DNA of 62,580 nt, filler included, from Candidatus Fermentibacterota bacterium (GTDB lineage Bacteria; JAFGKV01): assembly GCA_016928395.1 (NCBI GenBank). It is 8 parts of 8 records of this genome, joined end to end, with 100 filler letters (N's around TTAATTAATTAA, not from the genome) between each part and the next. Parts side by side here need not be neighbours in the genome. Positions count along the whole stretch, not along the records: positions 20,009 to 30,769 come from JAFGKV010000316.1; 7 more parts are not named here. The stretch is one strand, 5' to 3'. The translations under genes were made by a program, and so were the position numbers. Shown piece after piece: positions 20,102 to 29,102 of the stretch (its first letter is position 1; every line of letters starts with the position of its first letter). The notes under the pieces are model-generated. The model was not told where the DNA came from. It searched no databases and was given only the letters and a program-made list of their open reading frames with translations.

Positions 20102-20328
20102 CAGCCTCCGGCAACGTGTCTGTTCAACTCAAAGATTAGCCGTTCCGGATCCTCAACTCCTTTCAAGGACAACAGCTCGCCAAGGCTGCCCCAAAACGGG
20201 TCTCCGCACTGGACGCATACTACACCGCGCTGAAGCAGCCAGTGCATCGCTTCGGGCCAAGTATCCACAATCCACTGGATCGGTGTCTCGGCGGTGATCG
20301 GTAGCTCCTGAGCCGCACTGTCAACCAT
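20098..20328 (-). CDS. DUF1858-domain small protein
   Basis: IT..TPI..IVDTWPEA...GVVCVQCG...SLGEL...KGV. Confidence 0.7.
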   Translation of the reverse strand: MVDSAAQELPITAETPIQWIVDTWPEAMHWLLQRGVVCVQCGDPFWGSLGELLSLKGVEDPERLIFELNRHVAGGC

Positions 20329-20445
20329 GCTTCGCCTCCCGACGCGCGTGTGGGATGCTCGGGGCTCGCCGTGGCGGGCCGTCCCACTTTTCGATTTTTT
20401 TTTCGCCCAAACTTCGGTTTTTCCACGATACTACCAACTCTTTCC

Positions 20446-20474
20446 TTGATTTCCGCAGTATGTGCCACTATAAT
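20446..20474 (+). promoter_or_regulatory. Sigma70 promoter of the methylamine operon
   Basis: TTGATT-17nt-TATAAT; RBS AAGGAGG before GTG 20512. Confidence 0.7.
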
Positions 20475-20511
20475 CAGAAAACAGAGTCACGTCGAGTCAA
20501 GGAGGGTTGTC

Positions 20512-22002
20512 GTGAAAGTAGTAATTCCGAAAGAACTGCTGGATAAGGCCAATCTGATAGGGGGGGTTTGGAGTAATGCAGAATCCGGGAAGACCTTCGA
20601 GGTTCAGAGCCCGGTGACGGGCGAGGTGATTGCCAAGGTCCCGCTCTGCGATACTGCGGATGTGGAAAAGGCCGTGCAGGCCGCCAGAAGAGTACGAGAC
20701 GAGTTCAAGGACACTCCCGTGCTGCGGAGAGTGGAGCTGTGCAACAGAATCAAGCAGCTCGTTCTGGAGAGGAAGGAGATCATTGCGAAGGTCATGACCC
20801 TGGAACAGGGGAAGCCCTGCGAGGGAGAGTCGATTCCGGATTTGGACGAAACCGCCCTGTTGTTCACGGACTTCGCCGAAGACATCGTCAGGCTGGAAAT
20901 GGACACGTATCCTCTGAAGGACCCAAACAAGATGGCCTTCTCGGTGCGCGAGGCGATAGGTGTGACTGCGGTGATCACTCCGTGGAACTACCCGGTGTTG
21001 ATCCCGGCGGAATACATCGCTCCTGCTCTTGTCGTCGGTAACCCGATCGTCTTCAAGCCCGCATCGTACACTCCCCTGTCGGCGATCCTGTTCGCGCGCT
21101 GCATTCAGGACGCTCTGGACGAGCTTGGGTTCCCCAAAGGGATCTTCAACTTGATCACGGGCCCCGGAGGCAGTGTGGGCAACCATCTGGTCGGTCACCC
21201 TCACGTGGACTGCATCGCGTTCACGGGGGAAACGGTCACAGGGCAGGCGATCTGCAGCCGTGCCGGACTCAAACGAACGCTCATGGAGCTCGGGGGCAAT
21301 GGCCCTCAGATCGTGTGTGACGATGCAGACCTCGCAAAAGCTGCCGCCGCTGCCGCCTTCGGCTGCTACACGAACGCGGGGCAGGTTTGCTGTGCAACGG
21401 AACGAATCCTGGTAGACGCGAGGGTCCACGACAAGTTCGTGAAGCTAATGCTCGAGGAAACGGAGAAATGGAAGGTGGGGGACCCATTTGACAAGAAGAC
21501 GAACGTGGGGCCTCTGAACAACGAGCCTACGGCCGCGAAGACGGAAACTCACCTGGACGATGCGGTGAAAAAGGGCGCCAGGATCCTGGTGGGTGGCAAG
21601 CGGGAATCCGGACGGCCCACCGGGTTGTACTTCCAGCCCACCGTCATCGACGGGGTGACCCCGAGCATGCTCCTGAACAAGGAGGAGACCTTTGGGCCCG
21701 TTGCTCCCATCATCAGCTTCGAGAGCGACGAGGAAGCAGTCCAGATCGCTAACGGCAGCGGGTACGGGCTGCAGATGGCGGTCTTCACATCCTCGATCAA
21801 GAAATGCTTCTTCTATTCCAAGAAGCTGAGAACCGGCACGATCGTGGTCAACGACACCACCGACTACTGGGAAGACCTGTATGTTCCTTTTGGTGGAGGC
21901 GGCGGGACCAAGAGCGGGCACGGTCGCATTGCCACCCATTTTACCATGGAGGATCTCACGTATATCAAGACGACGACCATTGATTTTGCCAACGCAAAGT
22001 GA
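20512..22002 (+). CDS. NAD(P)-dependent aldehyde dehydrogenase
   Basis: ITPWNYP, KPA, FTGE, MELGGN, NAGQVCCA, EETFGP. Confidence 0.95.
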   Translation: MKVVIPKELLDKANLIGGVWSNAESGKTFEVQSPVTGEVIAKVPLCDTADVEKAVQAARRVRDEFKDTPVLRRVELCNRIKQLVLERKEIIAKVMTLEQGKPCEGESIPDLDETALLFTDFAEDIVRLEMDTYPLKDPNKMAFSVREAIGVTAVITPWNYPVLIPAEYIAPALVVGNPIVFKPASYTPLSAILFARCIQDALDELGFPKGIFNLITGPGGSVGNHLVGHPHVDCIAFTGETVTGQAICSRAGLKRTLMELGGNGPQIVCDDADLAKAAAAAAFGCYTNAGQVCCATERILVDARVHDKFVKLMLEETEKWKVGDPFDKKTNVGPLNNEPTAAKTETHLDDAVKKGARILVGGKRESGRPTGLYFQPTVIDGVTPSMLLNKEETFGPVAPIISFESDEEAVQIANGSGYGLQMAVFTSSIKKCFFYSKKLRTGTIVVNDTTDYWEDLYVPFGGGGGTKSGHGRIATHFTMEDLTYIKTTTIDFANAK

Positions 22003-22026
22003 GAACAGAACACTAAGGAGGAGAGC

Positions 22027-23292
22027 ATGAAACGTGTCCTGTACGTAGGCCTGTTGCTGCTCGTAGGCGCGGCAGTCGTGTTCGCTGGGGGAAAGAAGGA
22101 GGCGCCGGCCGTGGAGGGAACCGCCGCGTCCGGAGTCGTCAAGATCGGCTTCCTGGCTCCACTTACCGGGGATGCTGCAGCTTGGGGGCTGCCCGGGCTC
22201 TATGGGGCGCAGATGTGGATGGAGGATGTCAACGCCGCGGGAGGAATCAAGGCCGGCGGCAAGTCGTACAAGGTCGAGCTCGTGACGTACGACGAGGAGA
22301 ACGTGGCCTCGAAGGCGTTGCTCGGGGCCAAGAAGTTGGTTCTGGAAGACAAGGTGGCGGTTGTGCTCATGATGGCGGGAGCCACGGTAACGGCCTGCCA
22401 GTCCTTCTTCACCGAGAACAAGGTTCTCTCGATGAGCCTGGCACCGTACGACACCAGGGCGGAAGCGCCGTACCACCTCTGTGCTGCGGAGCCGTCCCTA
22501 GTGTATCATCTCGCCTCAATCCCTTATATCGCGAAGACGTACCCCAACGTGAAGCGGGTGGCGATTGTCGCCCAAGATGACGAAATCGGCCGCCAGGGGC
22601 TTGCGTATCTGCGCGCTGCCTGCGAGTCCGCGGGCCTGCAGGTCGTGTACGACAAGTTCTACGGGTTCGAGACCACGGATTTCGCGCCGATCATGACGGC
22701 GATCCTCAATGCCAAGCCCGACCTGATCAGTTTCGACGGGGGCTATTCCTACTACGTCGAGCTCCTGGCCGAGCAAGCGTATCTGATGGGGTTCGAGGGT
22801 ATCATCGAGAGCTCGGAGTTCTTCCTCAGCTCGCTACTGGCGAAAGTCCCTGCAGACTGGGCCGAAGGCGCCGTGGCGTCCTTCGCCGACTGGGACGACC
22901 CGAAACTCCCGAAGTACTGCCACGATTTCTATGCGGAGTACACCCAGCGCTGGCCTGGGCAGTGGGGTGCGGTTTCCTGGGAGTACGCCGCCAACCTCGA
23001 CATCTGGAAGTTCGGAGTGGAGAGTGCCGACAGCATTGATCCCATGGAAGTCTTCAAGGCACTCAAGTCCGCCGAGACGATTCCGCACGTGTACGGTGAG
23101 GGTGTGTGGTCCGGCAAAGAGATCTGGGGCATCGACAACTTCCTGGCGACACCGTGGCACAACACGGAGGTCAGGAATGGGAAACACGTCATCGTGAACA
23201 CTCAGCCGATTCTCGGGTGGTTCTATCAACCAGGGAACAAAGAGATACTGCTCAAGCATCTGAAGGCGGCGGGTGTGTACTACGTGAAGTAA
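22027..23292 (+). CDS. Branched-chain amino acid-type ABC substrate-binding protein
   Basis: Signal peptide; VKIGFLAPLTGDAAAWG..VNAAGGI. Confidence 0.9.
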   Translation: MKRVLYVGLLLLVGAAVVFAGGKKEAPAVEGTAASGVVKIGFLAPLTGDAAAWGLPGLYGAQMWMEDVNAAGGIKAGGKSYKVELVTYDEENVASKALLGAKKLVLEDKVAVVLMMAGATVTACQSFFTENKVLSMSLAPYDTRAEAPYHLCAAEPSLVYHLASIPYIAKTYPNVKRVAIVAQDDEIGRQGLAYLRAACESAGLQVVYDKFYGFETTDFAPIMTAILNAKPDLISFDGGYSYYVELLAEQAYLMGFEGIIESSEFFLSSLLAKVPADWAEGAVASFADWDDPKLPKYCHDFYAEYTQRWPGQWGAVSWEYAANLDIWKFGVESADSIDPMEVFKALKSAETIPHVYGEGVWSGKEIWGIDNFLATPWHNTEVRNGKHVIVNTQPILGWFYQPGNKEILLKHLKAAGVYYVK

Positions 23293-23377
23293 GAGGCACC
23301 TGGTAGACAGTGCGCGGCCCGTTGGCCTGCAGCCAGAGTCATCGGCGTCTGCCGACGGGCCGCATCTGCTCCAAGCC

Positions 23378-24238
23378 ATGTCAATCATCCTGCAGACCTT
23401 GGTCAACAGCCTTATCACCAGCTCCTTCTACATGCTGATCGCAGTCGGGTTGACTCTCGTCTTTGGAGTGATGAACATCGCCAATTTTGCCCATGGCGAG
23501 TTCTACATGGTGGGAGCCTACACGGTCTGGCTTCTCTACAGTGTGGGAAAGATCCCTTTCTTTGTCTCCGTCCTCGTCGCACTTGTGGTGGTGTGTGCGA
23601 TAGGGGTCGTCGCCGAACGGGTCTTGTTTCGCCGAGTGTACGGCAATGTCCTCGGCGGCTTCATCATCTCGATAGGACTGGTGTTCATTCTACAGGTCCT
23701 GGTGGGTCAGATATGGGGCGTAGGCATGATGAAGCCGGTCCCCAAGGTCTTTCCCGGCTCGTTGAGCGTCCTTGGAATCAGTGTTGGCTGGCAGAGATTC
23801 ATCGTCGTCCCCTGCACTGGGTTCCTGCTGGCGGTTCTGTGGTTCTTTCTCGCCAAGACGAAGACGGGGAGGGGACTGCGGGCGGTAGCCCAGGATCGCG
23901 AAGCCGCGATTCTGCATGGGATCGACGTGAATCGGTGCTGTGCCGTCGCCATGGGCCTCGGCAGCGCCATGGCTGCGGCCGGTGGAGCCCTCATGGCTCC
24001 GATTGTTTCGGTGTACCCTTACATGGGGCACTCGGTGGTCTGGACCGGATTCGTTATCGTCATCGTGGGAGGGGCAGGCAACATCAAAGGCACGATCCTG
24101 TCCGCCCTGTTCTTCGGATTCCTGCACACCATCGTGGCGACGGTCCTTGACTCGACGATCGGGAATCTCGTAGGTGTGCTTTGCATGCTCATCATCCTGG
24201 CGATCAAGCCCGAAGGTCTCGCAGGTGAGAGGGAATAG
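23378..24238 (+). CDS. livH: ABC permease LivH-like
   Basis: GLTLVFGVMNIANFAHGEFYM; GRGLRAVAQD. Confidence 0.92.
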   Translation: MSIILQTLVNSLITSSFYMLIAVGLTLVFGVMNIANFAHGEFYMVGAYTVWLLYSVGKIPFFVSVLVALVVVCAIGVVAERVLFRRVYGNVLGGFIISIGLVFILQVLVGQIWGVGMMKPVPKVFPGSLSVLGISVGWQRFIVVPCTGFLLAVLWFFLAKTKTGRGLRAVAQDREAAILHGIDVNRCCAVAMGLGSAMAAAGGALMAPIVSVYPYMGHSVVWTGFVIVIVGGAGNIKGTILSALFFGFLHTIVATVLDSTIGNLVGVLCMLIILAIKPEGLAGERE

Positions 24239-25226
24239 CGCTTCCCTGCCCATTACGCTGATCTCCTGGATCGCCGTCATCGCGGTCTTTCTTGTCCTCC
24301 CCTTTGTCGTCGGTCCGTATCTGCTGGAAGTGATGATCATGCTCCTCATCAACATCGTGGTCGTGGCCAGCTTCCGGCTCATTACCATGACCGGGGGGTG
24401 GTCGCTGGCTCACATCCCCTTGGTCGGGGTCGGCGCCTACTCGGCGGCCCTTCTGTCGAAGCACTTCGGGGTCTCGTTCTGGCTGAACCTTCCCCTGGGA
24501 GGATTGACTGCCGCGTTTGTTGCCGCGGCGATCTGCTATCCGCTGCTGCGCATGAAGGGCTTCGCGTTCTTCATCGGCTCTTTTGCGGCCGGCGAAGCCA
24601 TCCGCTTGTGCTGGATCCGTTTCCGCAATCCCTTCGGCGGTCCGCGGGGGCTGATCGACATAGCCGGTGCGGGAAGCCTTCGGGTGGCCGGGCTGTTCTC
24701 CTTGAATCTGGATTCCGGGATTCCGTTCTACTTCCTGACAGTCCTGGTCACGCTGATTTGCCTATACCTCATGCACCGGCTGGGCGATTCCCGCATAGGC
24801 GTCACCCTCGAAGCGATTCATATCCATGACAATCTGGCGAAGAGTCTGGGGATTCCGGTCACGAAATACCGGGCCCTTGCCTTCATTGCAGGCGGCTTTT
24901 TCGCCGGGGTGGCCGGCGCGATGCTCGCTCACCGCTTGCGAACTATCGATCCGCATCAGTTCGGGTTCACCACGACGCTGTACCTGCTGCTTTGGGCAAT
25001 CGTCGGCGGCACGACCACGTTCGCGGGCCCGCTGCTGGGCATTGTTGCTCTAACGGCAATCGGAGAGCTGATACGGCGGTTCAGCGAGTGGGTGCCCCTG
25101 ATCTATGGCGTCATTCTGATTGTTGTGGTTCTCTTTTTCCCGCAGGGGCTCGAGAGTCTTCCCGCGCGGATTCCGTTCTTGCTGAAGAAGTACGGGATCG
25201 CCCAGAAAGGGAAGCCGAGAAAATGA
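24225..25226 (+). CDS. livM: ABC permease LivM-like
   Basis: GGWSLAH..GVGAY; AIVGG...GPLLG; FFPQGL; probable GTG start at 24225. Confidence 0.9.
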   Translation: MRGNSASLPITLISWIAVIAVFLVLPFVVGPYLLEVMIMLLINIVVVASFRLITMTGGWSLAHIPLVGVGAYSAALLSKHFGVSFWLNLPLGGLTAAFVAAAICYPLLRMKGFAFFIGSFAAGEAIRLCWIRFRNPFGGPRGLIDIAGAGSLRVAGLFSLNLDSGIPFYFLTVLVTLICLYLMHRLGDSRIGVTLEAIHIHDNLAKSLGIPVTKYRALAFIAGGFFAGVAGAMLAHRLRTIDPHQFGFTTTLYLLLWAIVGGTTTFAGPLLGIVALTAIGELIRRFSEWVPLIYGVILIVVVLFFPQGLESLPARIPFLLKKYGIAQKGKPRK

Positions 25227-25269
25227 CCCACAGGGGCAACCGAGGCGTGATGGAGGGCGGACTGCAGAG

Positions 25270-26028
25270 ATGGCCCTGTTAGAGCTGGCAGGTCTCACCA
25301 AACGTTTCGGTGCCCTGGTTGCCGTGGACGAGTTGAACGTCTCCATCGAAAGGGGGGAGATTCGGGGACTGATCGGCCCGAACGGCTCCGGCAAGACCAC
25401 GGTTTTTAACCTGGCCACCGGCTTCTACAGGCCGTCGGCCGGACGAGTCCTATGGCAGGGCGAAGACGTCACGCTCTTGTCCCCGGAACGCAGAGCGAAA
25501 TTGGGCATCATCAGGACATTTCAGCAAGCAGCCCTTTTCGGCGAGATGACAGTGGTGAACAACGTGATCGTGGCCTGTCATCTTCATCTGGACGTCGGGC
25601 TTGCGGGTCAGTTCTTGAAAACCCCCAAGATGAGAGCCGTCCAGAGAAGGATCGAGGCCAGGGCTGACGAGATCCTGGAATTGATGGGGCTTCTCGAGGT
25701 GAAGCACGAAGTCGCGGGCGATCTGCCTCACGGTTCGCAGCGTGTCTTGGGCATCGCCATGGCGCTGGCGTCGCAGCCGCAGCTCCTGCTGCTCGATGAA
25801 CCGGCCGCAGGCATGAATCCGGTGGAGACCGAGCGCTTGATGTCGATCATCCGTATGCTGCGCGACAAGGGAACAACGATGTTCCTGGTGGAGCATGACA
25901 TGAAAGCAGTCATGAGCACTTGCGACAGAATCACGGTCATGGACTTTGGGCAAGGGATCGCGGAGGGTACGCCGCACGAGGTTGCAAAGAACGCTGCGGT
26001 TATCGAAGCGTACCTCGGCGGGGGATAG
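25270..26028 (+). CDS. livG: ABC ATPase LivG-like
   Basis: GPNGSGKTT, LLLDEPAAG, VEHDM, VIEAYLG. Confidence 0.93.
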   Translation: MALLELAGLTKRFGALVAVDELNVSIERGEIRGLIGPNGSGKTTVFNLATGFYRPSAGRVLWQGEDVTLLSPERRAKLGIIRTFQQAALFGEMTVVNNVIVACHLHLDVGLAGQFLKTPKMRAVQRRIEARADEILELMGLLEVKHEVAGDLPHGSQRVLGIAMALASQPQLLLLDEPAAGMNPVETERLMSIIRMLRDKGTTMFLVEHDMKAVMSTCDRITVMDFGQGIAEGTPHEVAKNAAVIEAYLGGG

Positions 26029-26031
26029 GCT

Positions 26032-26736
26032 ATGCTGCGCATAGAGAATCTTGTCGTTCACTACGGGGGAGTCGCAGCGCTAGACGGGATATCCCTGGAG
26101 GTCGAAGAGGGGAGCATCGTCACCCTCATCGGAGCGAACGGTGCCGGCAAGAGCACCTGCCTCAAGGCGGTATCCGGTCTCGTGAGGCCGACCTCCGGCG
26201 AGATCTGGTTTCAGGGCACACGCATCGACGGTATGAAACCGCAGCGAATCGTGAAGATGGGTATCGTGCAGGTTCCTGAAGGGCGCAGATTGTTCCCGTA
26301 CATGAGCGTCTTTGACAATTTGCTGACGGGGGCTCATCTCCGAAAGGACCAGGAGCAGATTGCCCGCGATTTGGACGGGGTGTACCGGTACTTCCCGATC
26401 TTGCTAGAGAAGCGCAAACAGGCCGCCCGGAGCCTGAGCGGCGGGCAGCAGCAGATGGTTGCGTTCGGCCGCGGGCTCATGGCCCACCCGAAGGTGTTTC
26501 TCTTTGACGAGCCGTCACTCGGCTTGGCGCCGATGCTGGTGCGGGAAGTTGGAGAGCATATCAGGCAGCATGCAGAGGAAGGATACACGATCGTGCTGGT
26601 GGAACAGAACGCGAACTTGGCCCTCGCGCTGGCGGACCGGGCGTACGTTCTGGAAAGAGGAAGAATCGTCCTGGAAGGAGCCGCCAAAGAGCTTCGGGAC
26701 AACGAATACGTGAGGAAGGCGTACCTCGGCATATGA
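26032..26736 (+). CDS. livF: ABC ATPase LivF-like
   Basis: GANGAGKST, VPEGRRLF, LSGGQQQM, DEPSLGLAP, VEQN. Confidence 0.93.
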   Translation: MLRIENLVVHYGGVAALDGISLEVEEGSIVTLIGANGAGKSTCLKAVSGLVRPTSGEIWFQGTRIDGMKPQRIVKMGIVQVPEGRRLFPYMSVFDNLLTGAHLRKDQEQIARDLDGVYRYFPILLEKRKQAARSLSGGQQQMVAFGRGLMAHPKVFLFDEPSLGLAPMLVREVGEHIRQHAEEGYTIVLVEQNANLALALADRAYVLERGRIVLEGAAKELRDNEYVRKAYLGI

Positions 26737-26781
26737 TCGTGCTGTCGGCGAAGCCGGGCATGCAGCCGTCCGGAGGCGAAT

Positions 26782-28206
26782 ATGAAGGGTGACAAGATAC
26801 TGACCCGCATGGGTGACGGCGAACGTGTATGGATGGCGATCGAACAGGCCAGGGAGGACGTGGCTCTGGGCAGTCAGGACGCGGGGAAGAAGGGCAACAT
26901 CGCGGAACTGTGCGCCGAGGATCAGGAACGGCTGCTGGCGATCCTGGCCGAGCCCGGACGGATCGTGAGCGTCAGCCCCGGCGAAGAAGTGGTTGTCACT
27001 GACGACGGCGCTGCGCTCATTCTCTGCAGCGGCTCAACGGACGGCGGGTCCGGACTGGCGATCGACCGCCAGCCCGCGATCTTGGCCTACGAGCGGACCT
27101 TCGCCCCCGATACGGTCTCCACGGGGATTCATGACTACAGCTTCAAGCCGGTCAAGGCGATCATGAGCAATGAGCGCCAAGCCTACGCTTCGACGGTTCT
27201 CTTGACGACTGCACCGCTGTTCTACGGTTCCCAGCCCAACCTCGGGTTGTACTTCCAGCCCGACGGGCCTCATCCCAACCCCGCGGAGCTGCTGCCGAAG
27301 GGTGACGTTCAGGGTGCTCGGCAGTCGCAGGAGGAAGCGGCAGCCCACCTTACCAGAGACATGGTGTTCGTCGGAGAGAGCCTCTACGAGATGGGGTGCG
27401 AGGGGCTCAATTTCGACACAGCCGGATCAGCCGGCGATGCCGATTTTTATGCCGCCCTGATGGCGATTGAGCAGCTCAAGATGTCGGCGCCAAACATGGC
27501 GATCGAGGTCGGCATGGCGGGGGAGTTCGTCCTGGGGATGCACGGGCAAATCGTCTATCGCGGCGAGCGCCTGGCCGGCATGTTCCCCCATCAGCAGGTC
27601 AAGATGGCCGAGGCGGCGGGGGCGGACATCTTCGGCCCTGCGGTCAACGTGAACACTTCCCGTTCGTTCGCGTGGAATCTCGCTCGGGCCGTGACCTTCG
27701 TGAAGGCCACGGTGGAAGCTGCCGGGATTCCCGTGCACGCCAATGTCGGCATGGGGGTGTGCGGTGTTCCGATGTGCGTGGAAACCCCGATCGACTGCGT
27801 TACGCGAACCACGAAAGCCCTGGTGCAGATTGGGAAGATCGATGGGTTGTAGCTGGGCGTAGGGGACGCTTTCGGGATGCCCCTGGCGCATATCATGGCT
27901 GCAGGCATGGGAGGCATCCGGACTTCCGGAGATCTGGTGGCCTGGATGCAGATGCGACGAAAGATGCGGATTGCCGAAGCCAAGCGGTATGTGGCGAAAA
28001 ACCTGGGCATAGACCTGATCGACTTGACGAACGAGGAGGTCATGTACCAGCTGCGGCAGGATCTGGGAATAGGAGTGGTGACCGGGGTGCCAGGAGACCC
28101 GGAAGGAATCGTGGCAAAGTGCAGGATTGCCCAGCTGCTGGGGATATCCATCAACTCCGTCGATCGCTTTGTATCGAGTCTGTCGTTCTTGAAGGGAAGT
28201 CAATAG
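26782..28206 (+). CDS. mtbB: Dimethylamine:corrinoid methyltransferase MtbB, 474 aa, with pyrrolysine (TAG) at codon 357 (27850-27852)
   Basis: RMGDG, DYSFKPVK, PLFYG.QPNLGLY..PDGP, NFDT...GD.D, WNLARAVTF; DGL*LGVGD aligns with methanogen DGI(O)IGVGD; homology continues in frame (MPLAHIMAAGMGGIRTSGDLVA). Confidence 0.93.
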
Positions 28207-28224
28207 AGGGGAGCTGACCGGAGC

Positions 28225-28872
28225 ATGCTTTCAGACGACCTGATCGAGCGCGCCAATCAGACGGTTCTCGGCTTTGACACACAAGGTGCCGTCGCTCTCG
28301 TCGAAGAGCTCATCTCCTCCGGAGGAGATCTCCTGGAATTGATGGACAGGGCCTACATCCCCGCAATCGGTGAGATCGGCGAGCGCTTCAGCTGCGGGCA
28401 GGTGTTTCTGCCGGAGCTCATTCAAGCGGCCAACGTGATGAAAGCGGTCACGGAAATGGTGAGCCGGGCCTTACCCAAAGAGGCGACGAGGCCCGCAGGG
28501 GCAAAGTTCGTCATCGGTACCGTCGAGGGCGATATCCACGACATCGGGAAGACCCTGGTCGTGACCCTGCTCGAGGTGCACGGCTTCACGGTCTATGACC
28601 TGGGAAGAGACGTCAGCTCCAAAAGACTCATCGCGAAAGCAGTCGAAGTGGATGCCGGCATCATCGGAACGAGCGCCCTGCTGTCTACCACAATGGAGAA
28701 ACAGAAAGAGCTCGTGCAGGCGCTCACGAAACCCGAATACAAGGGGCGCTTCAAGACGATGGTCGGCGGTGCTCCGGTGACGCGCCGTTGGGCCGAGAGG
28801 ATCGGAGCGGACGGTTACGGCGAGAATGCTCACGAGGCGGTGGTGAAGGCGAAGGAGCTTAGCGGCCCGTAG
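28225..28872 (+). CDS. mtbC: Cognate corrinoid protein
   Basis: FLPELIQAA; GTVEGDIHDIGK (DxHxxG B12 motif); SALLSTTM; VGGAPVT..WAERIGADGY. Confidence 0.92.
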   Translation: MLSDDLIERANQTVLGFDTQGAVALVEELISSGGDLLELMDRAYIPAIGEIGERFSCGQVFLPELIQAANVMKAVTEMVSRALPKEATRPAGAKFVIGTVEGDIHDIGKTLVVTLLEVHGFTVYDLGRDVSSKRLIAKAVEVDAGIIGTSALLSTTMEKQKELVQALTKPEYKGRFKTMVGGAPVTRRWAERIGADGYGENAHEAVVKAKELSGP

Positions 28873-29014
28873 GAGCCATCCGGCGGATGTCAAGACCGCT
28901 CGCCGCGACGCCGCCATCCTGCCCGCAGCGGGGGCGCCTTCGCCAGTTTCCATATCGAAATCACGAATTATGCAAGGAAGACCGCTTTCAATTTCGAAAT
29001 ATGCGATGGAATAC

Positions 29015-29043
29015 TTGAGTATTCTTGAATTACGTACTAAGGT
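29015..29043 (+). promoter_or_regulatory. Possible internal promoter in an AT-rich gap
   Basis: TTGAGT-17nt-TAAGGT. Confidence 0.4.
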
Positions 29044-29102
29044 AGGAGTGAAATAACGCTATCTCCAGCGGCCAAGCGTGCCTGCACCGAGGAGGTTCGA
29101 TC

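Noticed and set aside
20350-20511. N-terminal extensions in the ORF track (ALDH; also 11043, 40727, 46713, 58495)
   Set aside because: Promoter/RBS positions and domain starts favour the downstream starts
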